In this document: piece after piece, positions 39,660-51,500 of the stretch
Layout: every line of letters begins with the position of its first letter
How positions within the stretch are numbered: the first letter of the stretch is position 1
From: Azolla caroliniana
Lineage: Eukaryota; Plantae; Polypodiophyta
DNA length: 64,000 nt
Direction of reading: 5' to 3'
Assembly: GCA_043228905.1 (NCBI GenBank)
Contig: JBHGNT010000001.1
Coordinates: 22,506,001-22,570,000 of the forward strand
The notes under the pieces: model-generated
What the model was told of the DNA's origin: nothing
Database searches by the model: none
The model's input: the letters and a program-made list of their open reading frames with translations, nothing else
Translations under genes and position numbers: made by a program

Positions 39660-41270
39660 TCCATAGCTGTTTTCTCTGTGATGATTTGCATCAAGCTTCC
39701 TGTCTTTTTTTCCTATCTCTTCTCGCGGTCGTTTCGTCAGTCATAATTCAAGTTTTCCATTCCTGTTCCGCTTTCGTTCATGAGCGCTTTGTAAAACCAC
39801 CTGGTCTGATTTCTCTTTCTTCCATCGCTGTTTTCTCCGACTTGATAGCTCTCTAACCTTCTATTACCGTGTCTTTAATTTCCGCCTGCTGTTTCTACTA
39901 CCATAGTTCAAGCTTTCCATCTCTGTATTCTCTCCATATCGCCATGTATGATTTACCTATTTCATCCCTTTCTCCCTTTCCTTTCTTCAATCGCGGGTTT
40001 CTCTGTCAAGATAATCGAAGTGCTCTTGTAATTCTCTAGCTTTTGACTACTGCTTTTCTTTGCCTTAATTCGAGGTGCTTTCCACTACTGTTTTCTCTAA
40101 CCTTGCTTTCCATGAATTTTTCCTGTGATAATTCAAGCTTTCCATTAATCTTCTGTCTGTCATTCTGCAAGCTTTTCGATTGATCTTCTGTCTTAATTAA
40201 TCAAGCTTTCGATTGCTGTTTAGTTCTCTCTTGTTTCGTTGCTGTCATGGAATCTTACCTTTTGTAATCTTTCTTTTCTTCGGTGTTTCAAGCATTTCAT
40301 TGATCCTGCTCCTATGGCAATTATTTGAGGAAATCTTTCCTTTCCTTTCCTCTCCTTCCATCGCATTTTTCTCATATTTTCATTCGATCTTTCCAACCTT
40401 GTTTAAAGTTTCAATTGCTGTTTTGTCCATTATTCGAGCTTTCCATAATTACGGTTTCCCTGTCTTTCTTTTTACATCTGCACAATTTGTTCTTTCTTTC
40501 TTTCTTCCCATTGCTGCATTTGAAACCTACCGTTCATGCTCTCCGTCAGTATTTCCTGTCTTTCTTTCAGTCTCCGTATTCTAATTCTTGTCCCCTTATG
40601 TATTGTCTTCTCCTTTTAGGGTTTCCAATGCGGGCGTCATAGCTAAACCATCTTCTGTGTGTAGCATCCTGTTGGACTGTGTATCGATCTGTTACGGTTT
40701 ACCATTGCCGCCTGGGTTGTAACCAAAAACTACTCTTTCCTTCTTGACTTGGCTCCTGCCTGTGATTAAAGGGTTCCATTGCTGGTCCTATCTCAAATAA
40801 CGTCTAGTATCTTTACCTATTGCCGTTTTGTATCTTCACTTATTGTTGTTTTGTAGGTTCCTGTTTGTCATTCAAGGTTTTCATCTCTAGCACCATAGCT
40901 AAGGACTTCTATCGTTTTAATTTCTTTCCCTCTTGTTGCTGTTTATAGGCTTCCTCTATGTCTGTGGTTCAGTCTACCATTGCTGGCACTCGCTCGTACT
41001 ACAGCAATTATAATTACTTCCTGTTTGACGTCTGTATGTATGTGTGTGTGTGTGTGACATGTGTGTGTTTGTTTGTTTGCCATTCAAGGCTTTCAATCAC
41101 TGGAACCATAGTTGATGTTTGTTGGCTTCCCGTCTATTATTCAAGATTTCCATCACAAGATCCACAAATAGGAACTTGGAGTTTCTTTCCCTCTGTAGGC
41201 ATTCTTTCTGTTTTTCTGCCTTTTCAAAGGTTCCCATCGCTGCAGGCACCGCTGCCAAGGACATCAGTTT
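39660..41270 (+). repeat. Cryptic degenerate tandem repeat (ATTCAAGCTTTCCATTGCTGTTT-like unit) through MYB intron 1
   Basis: Variants near 39745, 39905, 40130, 40198, 40430, 40870, 41082, 41138 and 41222. Confidence 0.65.
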
Positions 41271-41292
41271 AATTTCTTTCTTTACCTTGTAG

Positions 41293-42670
41293 CTTCCTGG
41301 ACGAACAGACAACGAGATCAAGAACTTCTGGAACACACGCAAGAAGAGACGATTGCGAGCGGGTTTGTCTCTCTATCCCGCTGGCGTGAAACCTAATAAT
41401 GGAGCATCAACGTCGTCTTCCTGCAGCGATTCTCCAGAAAGCATGATAACAAGTTTACGATTAGGCGAAGATGGATCAGACATCAATTCGAGTGGTAGCT
41501 CCCTAGGCTCTCGTATGACAATGATCGATCATCATCAATTCAGTATGTCATCGTTGTCGAACAACATAATCCAAGCTGGTTCCCATCCTAGATCCATGGC
41601 CATCCACACGGAGCAGCCTATTGCTTTCCCATCTGAAATATCCATAGGGCAGAGTCGGCGCTGTGCAGATGTTAGCACAGACGTGAAGAAGACTCAGATC
41701 GCCATGTCATCAACAGAACCGTCTCTAAATATTCATGGCTTGAAGCGTGGAAGAGAGGCAACAGGGTTCCATCAGCCATTAGGAAATTCTATGAATTTCC
41801 GCTATTTCTCTGGCCATGAGTCAACAGCAGCTCTGGCTAGAACCCAAAGTGTAACATTTCATCATCAGAATCTGAATATTAGATCAATGGATCCATTTCG
41901 ACGTACACAAGCTTTCCCATACGAACCTGGACCTCCGGATCCGTGCAATATGGACCGGGGCAGTGTAATAAGGAACCATGGAATCTTTATTCCAACGGAT
42001 AGTCAGCATCCGATCTTCCCCTCTGATCTTAGTGAAAGTCACAACAACCGAAGTGCTGAAGCAAGATCAAACAATCCTTTCATGTCTATTTCCAATCATG
42101 ATGATGATGAACAGAAGCATCTCCATGGCTTGAAGATGGAGCTCCCCTCAGTCCAATTGACCGAATCTGCAGACAGCAGCTCAGGTCTCTCTAGTCCGTT
42201 CACAACACCACCACCGACAGCATGCCATAATATGCTGCCTCTCTCAGAGGTAGACAGCTTTGGTTGTACTAGAAACAATATGAACGAAACCATCAGTTCA
42301 ACCAGTGATGGTGGTGGCGATGGTAGCTTGCTTGATGCAGTGTTACTTCAATCTGTCCCATTAAATCTTGATCAATTTCTTGCTTCGAATATAAGCATAG
42401 CTGATCAGCCTTCTGCGGTTTCTTCCTGTTCAAGAAATGCCTCTCCCATGGTCTCTTCTTCAAGAAATGTCTCGCCCAGGACTGATGCCGTGCCTGCAAG
42501 CTACCATCAAAGCTCCAATAATATACCATTGGTTGAGAGTGATCCACTTTCTTTCTTAGGTGGTCGATCTCTCACATTGCTCAACGATGATCATCATATA
42601 AAGATGTCTCCCACTTCGTCAGAAGCTCACTCTTCCTATGTATGCCAAGGTTCTGGCTTATTGGCAACAG
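41293..42670 (+). CDS. GAMYB: GAMYB-like MYB, coding exon 2
   Basis: Acceptor TTGTAG|CTT; 'LPGRTDNEIKNFWNTRKKRRLRAGLSLYP' (R3 end and GAMYB box 1); 'LKMELPSVQ' (box 2); ends at CAG|GCAAGT. Confidence 0.92.
42137..42156 (+). promoter_or_regulatory. miR159/miR319 target site
   Basis: TGGAGCTCCCCTCAGTCCAA; complementary to miR319 (UUGGACUGAAGGGAGCUCC) at 18 of 19 positions. Confidence 0.88.
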
Positions 42671-43546
42671 GCAAGTCCTTATAACTCTCATCACTATTGC
42701 TGTCCATGATTGTTTCTTTTTCTAGTGTATGTTTCCAAATAAATAATAACAGAGCTTTGCTTTGTATGTACGAGAGAGAAGAGGCAGAGAAAAGTTATTT
42801 TTTACTCCTTCTACAAGGCAAAACCACATTATAATGTGTAACCGGGTATGTCCTCCCCATATTAGGAAATACCCTATATACAATAGATATAAAAAGGATG
42901 GTAATAGAGGAACAGGAATGACCAAACTATGGTAATACAGCCCAAGTTTAACCATAACTAATCATGTGATAGGTTTTCGGTAGTTTTCCCTAATTTTATG
43001 ATTAGTATGTATCTGTGGCCTTCTCCGTGAAAAAAAATCCCTGTCATCATTCGTGCCATGAAGAAGAGTTAATCGGGTACAGACAAACCCATCCGGAATT
43101 TGGTAGCAGAAACTAGACAATTACTAGCTGCCCAATAGGATGAGACAAATATGTATAGAAAAGACTTTATACACGGTGGTAGTAGAGCCTTGTACATATA
43201 GCTAACTATGAGAGAGAAAGAAAGATTCATCTTTATGTTCTAGGATTCCTTAAATGTTGAAGAAAGCATTGAGACCAAAACCACCAAATCAGTCCAAAAT
43301 CCAGATGCGTGCACTTAGCTCTAGACACGTGAGAACTTTTAACTTGGGCACATGCTAACATTAATAGAAAACCTAGAATGTAAATTAACTATAGCTTTAG
43401 AAAATGATACCTAAGTAGCTAATGATCTTAGGCTTAGGCTTAAGGAAGTCGTTTTGTCTTAGGAAACATAATGAGACCCAATCATCCACCAGAGCGAACC
43501 CCTTTAGAGAAGTAGTCTTTAGAAGTATGAAGGTTTATTTTCTCTC

Positions 43547-43583
<37 letters not shown>

Positions 43584-43606
43584 TTACATTTTTGTTCATT
43601 ATCCAG

Positions 43607-43926
43607 GAGAAAACAACTCCGATCAGAAGCTGAGCGAAGTAACCTCGTTACTTCTGAGAAAGATGGAAGGTGAAGAGGAGGATGACCTACTAACTCTCCT
43701 TGCATTCGAAAGGCCAGACTCTTTGCCTGCTTCTGATCTATGCAGCATTGTGACATCTGTTGATCATCAAACTGAAGAGACAACGTATAATGAAGGAGGC
43801 CTAGAAGCCATATTCAGCCAGCCTTCATCTTCTCTTGATTCCGATTTTATCAATGCAATGAGTGGAATTAACAATATGTGGGAGCTAGGTTCATGTGTGT
43901 GGAACAACATGCCAGGTGCTCTCTAG
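43607..43926 (+). CDS. GAMYB: GAMYB-like MYB, coding exon 3
   Basis: Acceptor TTATCCAG|GA joins in phase 1 and reads in frame into the 43663 ORF, ending 'WELGSCVWNNMPGAL*' (GAMYB box 3); spliced CDS 645+1378+320 = 2343 nt. Confidence 0.85.
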
Positions 43927-46900
43927 GTCTTATTTTACCCATTCTCATGAATTATTATAGCAATACATCGAATATTGGTCCTATTCTATGTGTAATTAAT
44001 TAGCATGTTCTCAAGACACGATTCATTTGGTTGGATAAATTGTTTATTCGAGTGGCATTTACTCTAGGTTTCTTGGGTTGTATGTTGGTTTTAGGCCAGT
44101 CGTGATAGTCACGAGGCTTTTGCATTGAAAATGTTCAGTTAGGGTTGTTTGAAGATGAAATGGAGCACATCTATTAAATTTACCATCAGGTGTGGTTAGC
44201 CTCCTGTACGAGGCTTGCTTTCTATGTATGGATCATCAGTCTATGGAAGCCTCTATCGGTACCAGTCTACCTGCTTTATGGGTTTATGAGCTTTGGACTC
44301 TTGATGGAGTAGAGACCATTGATATTATCTTATGTTTGGTAACATTATCCTAACAATGCATATGGTTAGTAGCTCCCCCCAACATTTGCTTCATTCTCAT
44401 GTTGATAGATGATCACTAGCTGGATGATGCGTGCCACATATCAACAAAACCCCTCCCTGTTTTGCATTCACAATCTAACATTTCACATGGAAAAAGAGAA
44501 TAGATGTTTTTGGTGAATTGATGCCATGCCTGAATTGGAATAGAACTCTAATGCATTCTCTTATCTTGTTTTGAAGTATAATGATGCAATGTTGGAATTC
44601 TCTTCGGATTTGTGGGGTAATCATAAAAAGACCAGAAAATGACTAACGTCAAACTTGGAACTATGTAAATTGCCTTCGTAAATGACTAAGACTACCATTG
44701 TTGACCGAGCTATTACTCACGATCTTACATGAAACCTTTTGTCGTTGTGAGATGGGACGAGTGCTAATGACATTGTGCGGAATTGGAACCATAAGAACCT
44801 AATTTGGTACTAGATGTTCATTTAAGTTGTGAGCACTCCTTGGGGAGGGAGTGAAATATGTCAAATGAAAAACTCGTGGATCACGACAATTCACTCATGT
44901 GCTCTCACAATCCTATAGCTTGAATGAATATGACATTTTGCCCTTGTGCTTCCTTTAAATAGTTTTCTCTTGAAAAGAACATACCATTTGAAGTTCAGAT
45001 GTGAATAACTTTGAGCTTATTAAAACCACCATGTTTTGGGCTTTTAAAGACAATGTATTCCCAATGCATACTAGTCTTCATAATAGACAAGTGGGGAGCA
45101 TGTGTGAATTGTTTGTTAATTCCTTGTAAATAACTTTTTTGATTGATGAGTAGTGTAAAGTGATCATTCCAAGAATAAGATATGAACATTGAAATTGTAT
45201 TCCTCATAAAACTTTTGTGATAAACATCAATCTCCGAGTGTTCTCATCTTTGGATTTTTTTGTTTGGCTTCATTATCTTGGGAATGCATAAAGCATGTGT
45301 GATAGACATCAATCTCCTAGTGTTCTCATCTTTGGAATTTTTTGTTTGGCTTCATTATCTTGGACACACCTTATTGGCCCGAGATTGTCTTCCTCTAATT
45401 GGTCTTATGCCACATCAACTCTCTTTTTCATGCACGCGTGAACAAGATTGTCTTGACATATTCTCCATTTGAACTTTGAAATAGAAATTGAGAAAAACGT
45501 TTCTTTATTGTAGAATGTGAGTTAATGTATGATCTCATGTATCTTAACTCACTTGCTCATATGGGTTTAAGTTGTGAACCAAGCTCTACTTGCCACTTAT
45601 ATACGATAATTTCTAAAATGTTGCTTTTAGTACAGTTCAAGTTGTATGGCTTTGCACCTTCACTCTCCACATTACTATCATAACATGTGCTGATGATTCC
45701 ACCAGGAGCACATAAATCAGAGGGGTCCTTGTTATTGCATGTCCATACTTGAGGAAGTACTTCAAGGCTTCATAGGAGATGTGTTATGATGTGTTGTGTA
45801 TGTATATGGGGCAATGAGGAAATAACTAAAAAAACCATAAATCTCAAGGTGTCATGACACATCTTAAGCCACACGTGACATAAAGTTACAGAGGCTTCCT
45901 TCATCCCTATCTAACCTTAAAGAGCCATTTTGGAGTGTGGTGGAAGGTTTATCAAATGTTGAGTTGGTTTTCCTCTTTGTCCAATTTAGTATCAAATTCT
46001 TGGAAAACCCAAACTTCAAAGTTCAAAATTTTCGTCATTGGCGATATAGTACAAGACCAAGGCTATTGTACCGAGCATTTGTCTCATATTCACAAATGAT
46101 AGAATGGCTTCATCCCTATGCCTAAAGCCATTAGGAGGTTCCTACACAATATAGCTAGGTAGTGTTTGATATCGTCCCTTTGACCATAGTTTATCTAGTT
46201 AGTGTTAGTTAAGGATACCCATAAAATGCACATCTTGCATATACCCTATCATTTTTACTTATTTTCATTTGTTATTGGATTGATTTTGCTTATGTCGGCC
46301 AAAACTAACACAAGCATTGTGATGTTTTTTTTTGTAGGACAATGTTGTCAAGGATTACGTAGGTAGATTGGTGGTAGGTACATGAAGATTTGATGAGCTA
46401 TATTCATAGTTTCAAGGTTGTAGTTAACACCTAAGCTCATTGCAAGAAAATTATATCGTACAAAAACATACAATGTATCAATTTCTTGTACTTGTAACAA
46501 AGAAATTCTATAATAATGGAGTGGTTTTTGTTTAATCACTAGAATTAGCACTTTCCTACTAATTACACGATAAAATTGCATTCAAATTTCTCAAAATGCC
46601 CCAAGCTATAGACTTTCTTTCCTGCCTTCATGATATTCATAGATCATTTACCTCGTACTCGAAAAATTGAGATCTTAGAACATTAATGATAAATATATCA
46701 CCACCCATAGAGGCTTGAAGTGATGGCCAACCGTTTGCAAATCACTTTTAATTAATATGCTACCACACATCAAGTGAAAATACTTTAACATACATATGTT
46801 ATTTTGTAGCAATTGTTTGCCCATTCCCTCTTTAACAACGTCAATATCGACCTTTGAGATTAGTCTATTCCTTATGTATAATTTGTAGATACACAATTGT

Positions 46901-47541
46901 ATAGTAAAAAATAAACATGAGTCATATGCAGTTCTTTTGTCCGTCAAACATGTTCTTAAAAGTTTCCGCATTTTTATCATTTGCCAAAAAAGATGAGAGT
47001 ATGGACTTATAGATGAATGTGATAGAACCACAACACAATCATGCATAAAACTTATCCTTTCTTAATTTGGGGTCTTTATTATCAAATGTTTATTGTTAAT
47101 CTGTGCACCTCTCACATCTTAGATAGTGTAAGTTGCATCTAAACAATATTGTCGGATGAATGTTGATGGTCATCCATATTTATTTTTTCATCGAGAAAGA
47201 GGTATTGATATGAAAGGAACATGGGTTACAAAAGGAGGACAAAACAAATAGGTTATCGATAAATTAGAAACTAACGAAACATTGGTTTATGAAAGGGGAA
47301 TATGAGGGCAAGTATTTAGTATGAAAGCTTCTCTTGGAAAATTGTATATCAGTACACCTATCTAGATGATATGTTCAACTTTGATTGAATTTTCGTATTC
47401 TTCAACTAAAATACCCAATCTTCGTTTGACACTTGAGATCAATGATGCTTTCAAATTCATTGTTTTGTTTTCTATTTATTAGAAAAATGGTAAACTAGTA
47501 ATAATTGCCATGCCTAGAATCGTGTAGACAATGAACACAAT

Positions 47542-48495
47542 CATAGATTGACATATTCGCATTCGTGGGGTTTGCCCCACGAATCCATACGAATAGGAAT
47601 ACGAATGCATGTAAATGTATTCGTTTTTTTTTTCTTTTTTAAAGAAAAAAAATAAAAAATAAAAACCTGTTTTTTTCTTGTGAGCGAGTGAACGAACAAC
47701 GAGCAACGAGTGAGGAAGCCTCACCCTACTTCCTCCCTATGCGTTCTGCCCTCACTTTCCTTTGCATATTGTTCTCGGCCATAAAATTAGGGTTTCGGTT
47801 GAAAACCCTAATCTATGTCATAGTCCTAATTTCGACAATATTTCTTTCTTTTGAGCCCCCGTCCATGACTCCCTCTCATGCTCTATTCTAATCCTACATC
47901 CTGTTCTCAGCTCTAAACTTAGGCTTTCACTAAAACCCTAAGTTTAGTAGAAGCCCTAATTAATTAACTAATATTTTTTAATTAATTTTTTAATTTTTTA
48001 ATGAATTAAGATATGTATACAGTATTAGTAAATTAATTAATGTATTAGTGAGTCAATTAATGTTTAAGTGAATTAATTAATTATGATATTAGTGAATCAA
48101 TTAATGTTTAAGTGAATTAATTAATTATAATATTAGCGAATCATTTAATGTTTTAAGTGAATTAATTAATTATGATATTAGTGAATCAATTAATGTTTAA
48201 GTGGATTAATTAATTATGATATTAGTGAGTTAATTAATTATTGATGTATGTGTGTATATTCATATATGAGTGATATATGTGTGTATACACATGTATGTAT
48301 GTGTGTATATGTATATATCATATATGTATGTCACTGTGTATATATATATTGCATACATATATCATATATGTATGTGTGTACATGTATATGTAAACGAATG
48401 GTTTTATAATATTCTTGGGGCTGTTTTATATTCTCAAATATCGCGAATATTACGAATGTCGAATACCACGAATATTACGCATGGGTCAATCTATG
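47542..48495. mobile_element. Non-autonomous hAT DNA transposon (954 bp)
   Basis: 11-bp perfect TIR CATAGATTGAC/GTCAATCTATG; 8-bp TSD AACACAAT on both sides; subterminal CGAAT repeats; internal ~44-bp AT-rich tandem repeat at 48040-48240. Confidence 0.9.
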
Positions 48496-48574
48496 AACAC
48501 AATAAATCCCATCTCTTACACAGTTCTCAATGGATAATTCCACATCACTTTTTTTAGGGTTCTTTCAAAGAGAG

Positions 48575-51500
48575 TTATTATTATTATTATTATTATTATT
48601 TATAAAAGATTTTCTTCAATAGTATTAAGAACAAAACGCCTGAAGGCTACAACTTGAACCTAGCTACCAAGAAGGTTACAAGTTTCTTTATACAATGATA
48701 TAAAATACGAGGATGTTTACATTTGTTGATATTCAAAGAGTCCATGGAAGTCGATATTGCCATTGAGGCTCTTGAGCTACCATTGTAAACAGGGGCACCT
48801 TTTTCCATAAGTGAAGAAGCTTTTTCCTTTTCTTGTTCACAATATCTAGGGAACCCTGCATATTGTCATATTGTCATAGCCAACAAGTTCTCCCATAACT
48901 CAAACAACACATCTGAGAAATGAATGTCTATCCCATCATAAAGTCGGTTACATCGATATTTCCATAATACCCATAATGTTATTGTGGACACAGTTTTCCA
49001 AATTTGGACAGATCGCACCTGCTTTCGAGGTTGCTAGAAGGGACTAACTAATATCAATATTCTATTATGTATTGTCATTGCCTCATGAACATCGTTTGCC
49101 TCATACAACATTAAACCGGAGTGTAATACTCCCCACATTGCTGATCCCCATAAGAATAAGCAATCTACATTTATTGTTAGGAATAAAGACACGACTTTCT
49201 TCCATACTTGTTGAGCAAAAGAACAAGACCATAAGACATGCTTGGTAGTCTCTTGAGGTTCATGGCAAATGGCAAATTGCCGCAAATTGGGTGTCACATT
49301 CCCTTTCAATGCATGATCAACTCGTAGAGCCATATGCACTAATAACCATCGAAAGAGAATAAATTTAGTTGGCCCCTTGAATGACCATATCCATTTCCAA
49401 TAGGTTCTCAAATGCAAAGTGGAAACACCCCAATTGGTCCAATGTTTTTGAGCTGCTGGTATCTTTACATTCTGAGAGAGCAGTAATGATCTTCCAAGTT
49501 TTACTAAGTACTGAAAAAAGGGGACCTTTATGATCTTTTCCCCCAAGGAGTGTGACCAAAGCCAACCCCCTGGATCCTATGTTAAGCTTGCAATAGGATC
49601 TTTTGAATATAACCACATGATATCACACATATGAGCAATTGATGGATAAGGATCAAGGATCCATTTCTTTCTGGTTTTAGCAACCACTCTAACTGGTGCA
49701 CTTCGTAAGTCCTGTAGATAATTGCAATCAAAGGTATAAGATTGCAATCTATTGTTGTCTAGGACCTGAAAATAAGACACGCGCCCATTAGGTGAAACAC
49801 CCTTAACAACCATCAATATATAATTTGTGAAGCATCCAAACCATAGATGTTCTTGCCTCGGTTGGAAGGTTGTTAAAAATGAAGAATATGTTACTGATAA
49901 GGTAGCCGTCATTATCTTGGCACCATGAACTGATTGTAGATGTACAAGTCGATCTTCTTGTGACATTTGTTGAAACTGAGGCCACGTTCTTACAGATGCA
50001 GCTGGCCCATTATCCAATTTACCCCAAGCAAGGTGAGGACGTAGGCCCAATACTTTTCCTACATTATCCCGAAATAGAGAATTGGCAAGCATAGGTTGAT
50101 TAAGTAATGCATCCCAGGTAGAAGGTTTGTCCTTTAGCAAAAATGATTTAATTGCATCCCACGCTCTTATGATTCCTAGCAAAAATCTATTGGATGCAAG
50201 ATTTCTCCTTGGTGTTTTCATGTCATTCAAGAACAACCACTTTAAAGAGGGTGACCATACTCTTCCTATCTTAGGAGTTAATTGCATTAACTGATTTAAA
50301 AACATTCCTTTCCAAGTTTCTGATCCTGGCAACAAACCTCTGATAACAAACTTAGTCAAGAAAGATCTTGACTGCATCAAAGGACCTATCAAACCCAACC
50401 CTCCATTAATTTTAGGTTGAATCAACACATTCCACGCAACTTTGGCTACTGTAGGAGAGTCATGTTTTCCCCCCGAAAGGAAATTCCGGATCAAGCTTTG
50501 CACTTTTGTCATTGCTGATCTAGAAAATAGCCACACAGATGCTATAAACCACATTGATGCCAATAGTACTGTATTTACGACCCGCAAAAGACAATTGTTG
50601 GGCATCCCAATACAATAATTTACATTTTATTGATAATAGCAACAGAGATAGCATTACTTCTGGCCTTAAATCTATTCCAACCATACATCCTAAATATTGA
50701 ACTGGCTCACCACGATGAAGCCATCGGAAAGCATGACCTGGATACCACTCAGGATGATTTTTTGCACCAACCCAAAGGCCAACTGACTTATTCCAGTTAA
50801 GTGATGCACCTGTAGCATCTGAGAAAACTTGCAAAGCATTTTGTACCTAACCGAGATTACTAATCTCCCCGTCAACATAGAGGGCTGTATCATCTGCAAA
50901 TTCAACATCCAGTACAGTGGATTGTGTAATAGGTAATACTAATCCTTTGATACCAGTAGTTGATGATCTTAGGTAGGAGGACAAAGCTTCCCCAAACAAG
51001 ATAAAAAGAAATGGGGCAAGAGGGCATCCTTGCCTAACAGACCTGGATATAGGAAATAGTGTCCCGTATTCTTTAGTAAACAAAACAGAACTAGAAGCAT
51101 GCCTGTAAAGGGATGAAAGACCTTTTATCCATGTGGCTGGAAAACCTAATCTTGATAGCACTGCCTCAAGAAAGTCCCAATCCACTTTATCATATGCCTT
51201 TTCAAAGTCAAGCAATAATACTGCAAGTTGTTGTTTATGTTGCTGAGGAAGCCACATTGTGTATCATGAATAATAGACGGCAATACAGGTCGTAGTCTAA
51301 TTGCAATAGTTTTTGCCACTATCTTATACGCAACATTAAGCAATGTTACTGGCCGCCACTTGACTTCATCACATCGAGCATCCGATCTAGGAATCATATA
51401 TATGATTCCTTTTGTCCATTCCTCAGGCATATTACCCCTTGAGAATATTAAATTAACTGCTCTAGTAATGAGAGAACAAATAAAATCCCAATAACGCAAA

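Noticed and set aside
47555-47590. Helitron 3' hairpin
   Set aside because: Explained by the hAT element with 11-bp TIR and 8-bp TSD; no CTRR end at the proper distance.
48040-48240. CRISPR-like array (also 18771-18908)
   Set aside because: Head-to-tail tandem units without unique spacers, in eukaryotic TE context with no cas genes.
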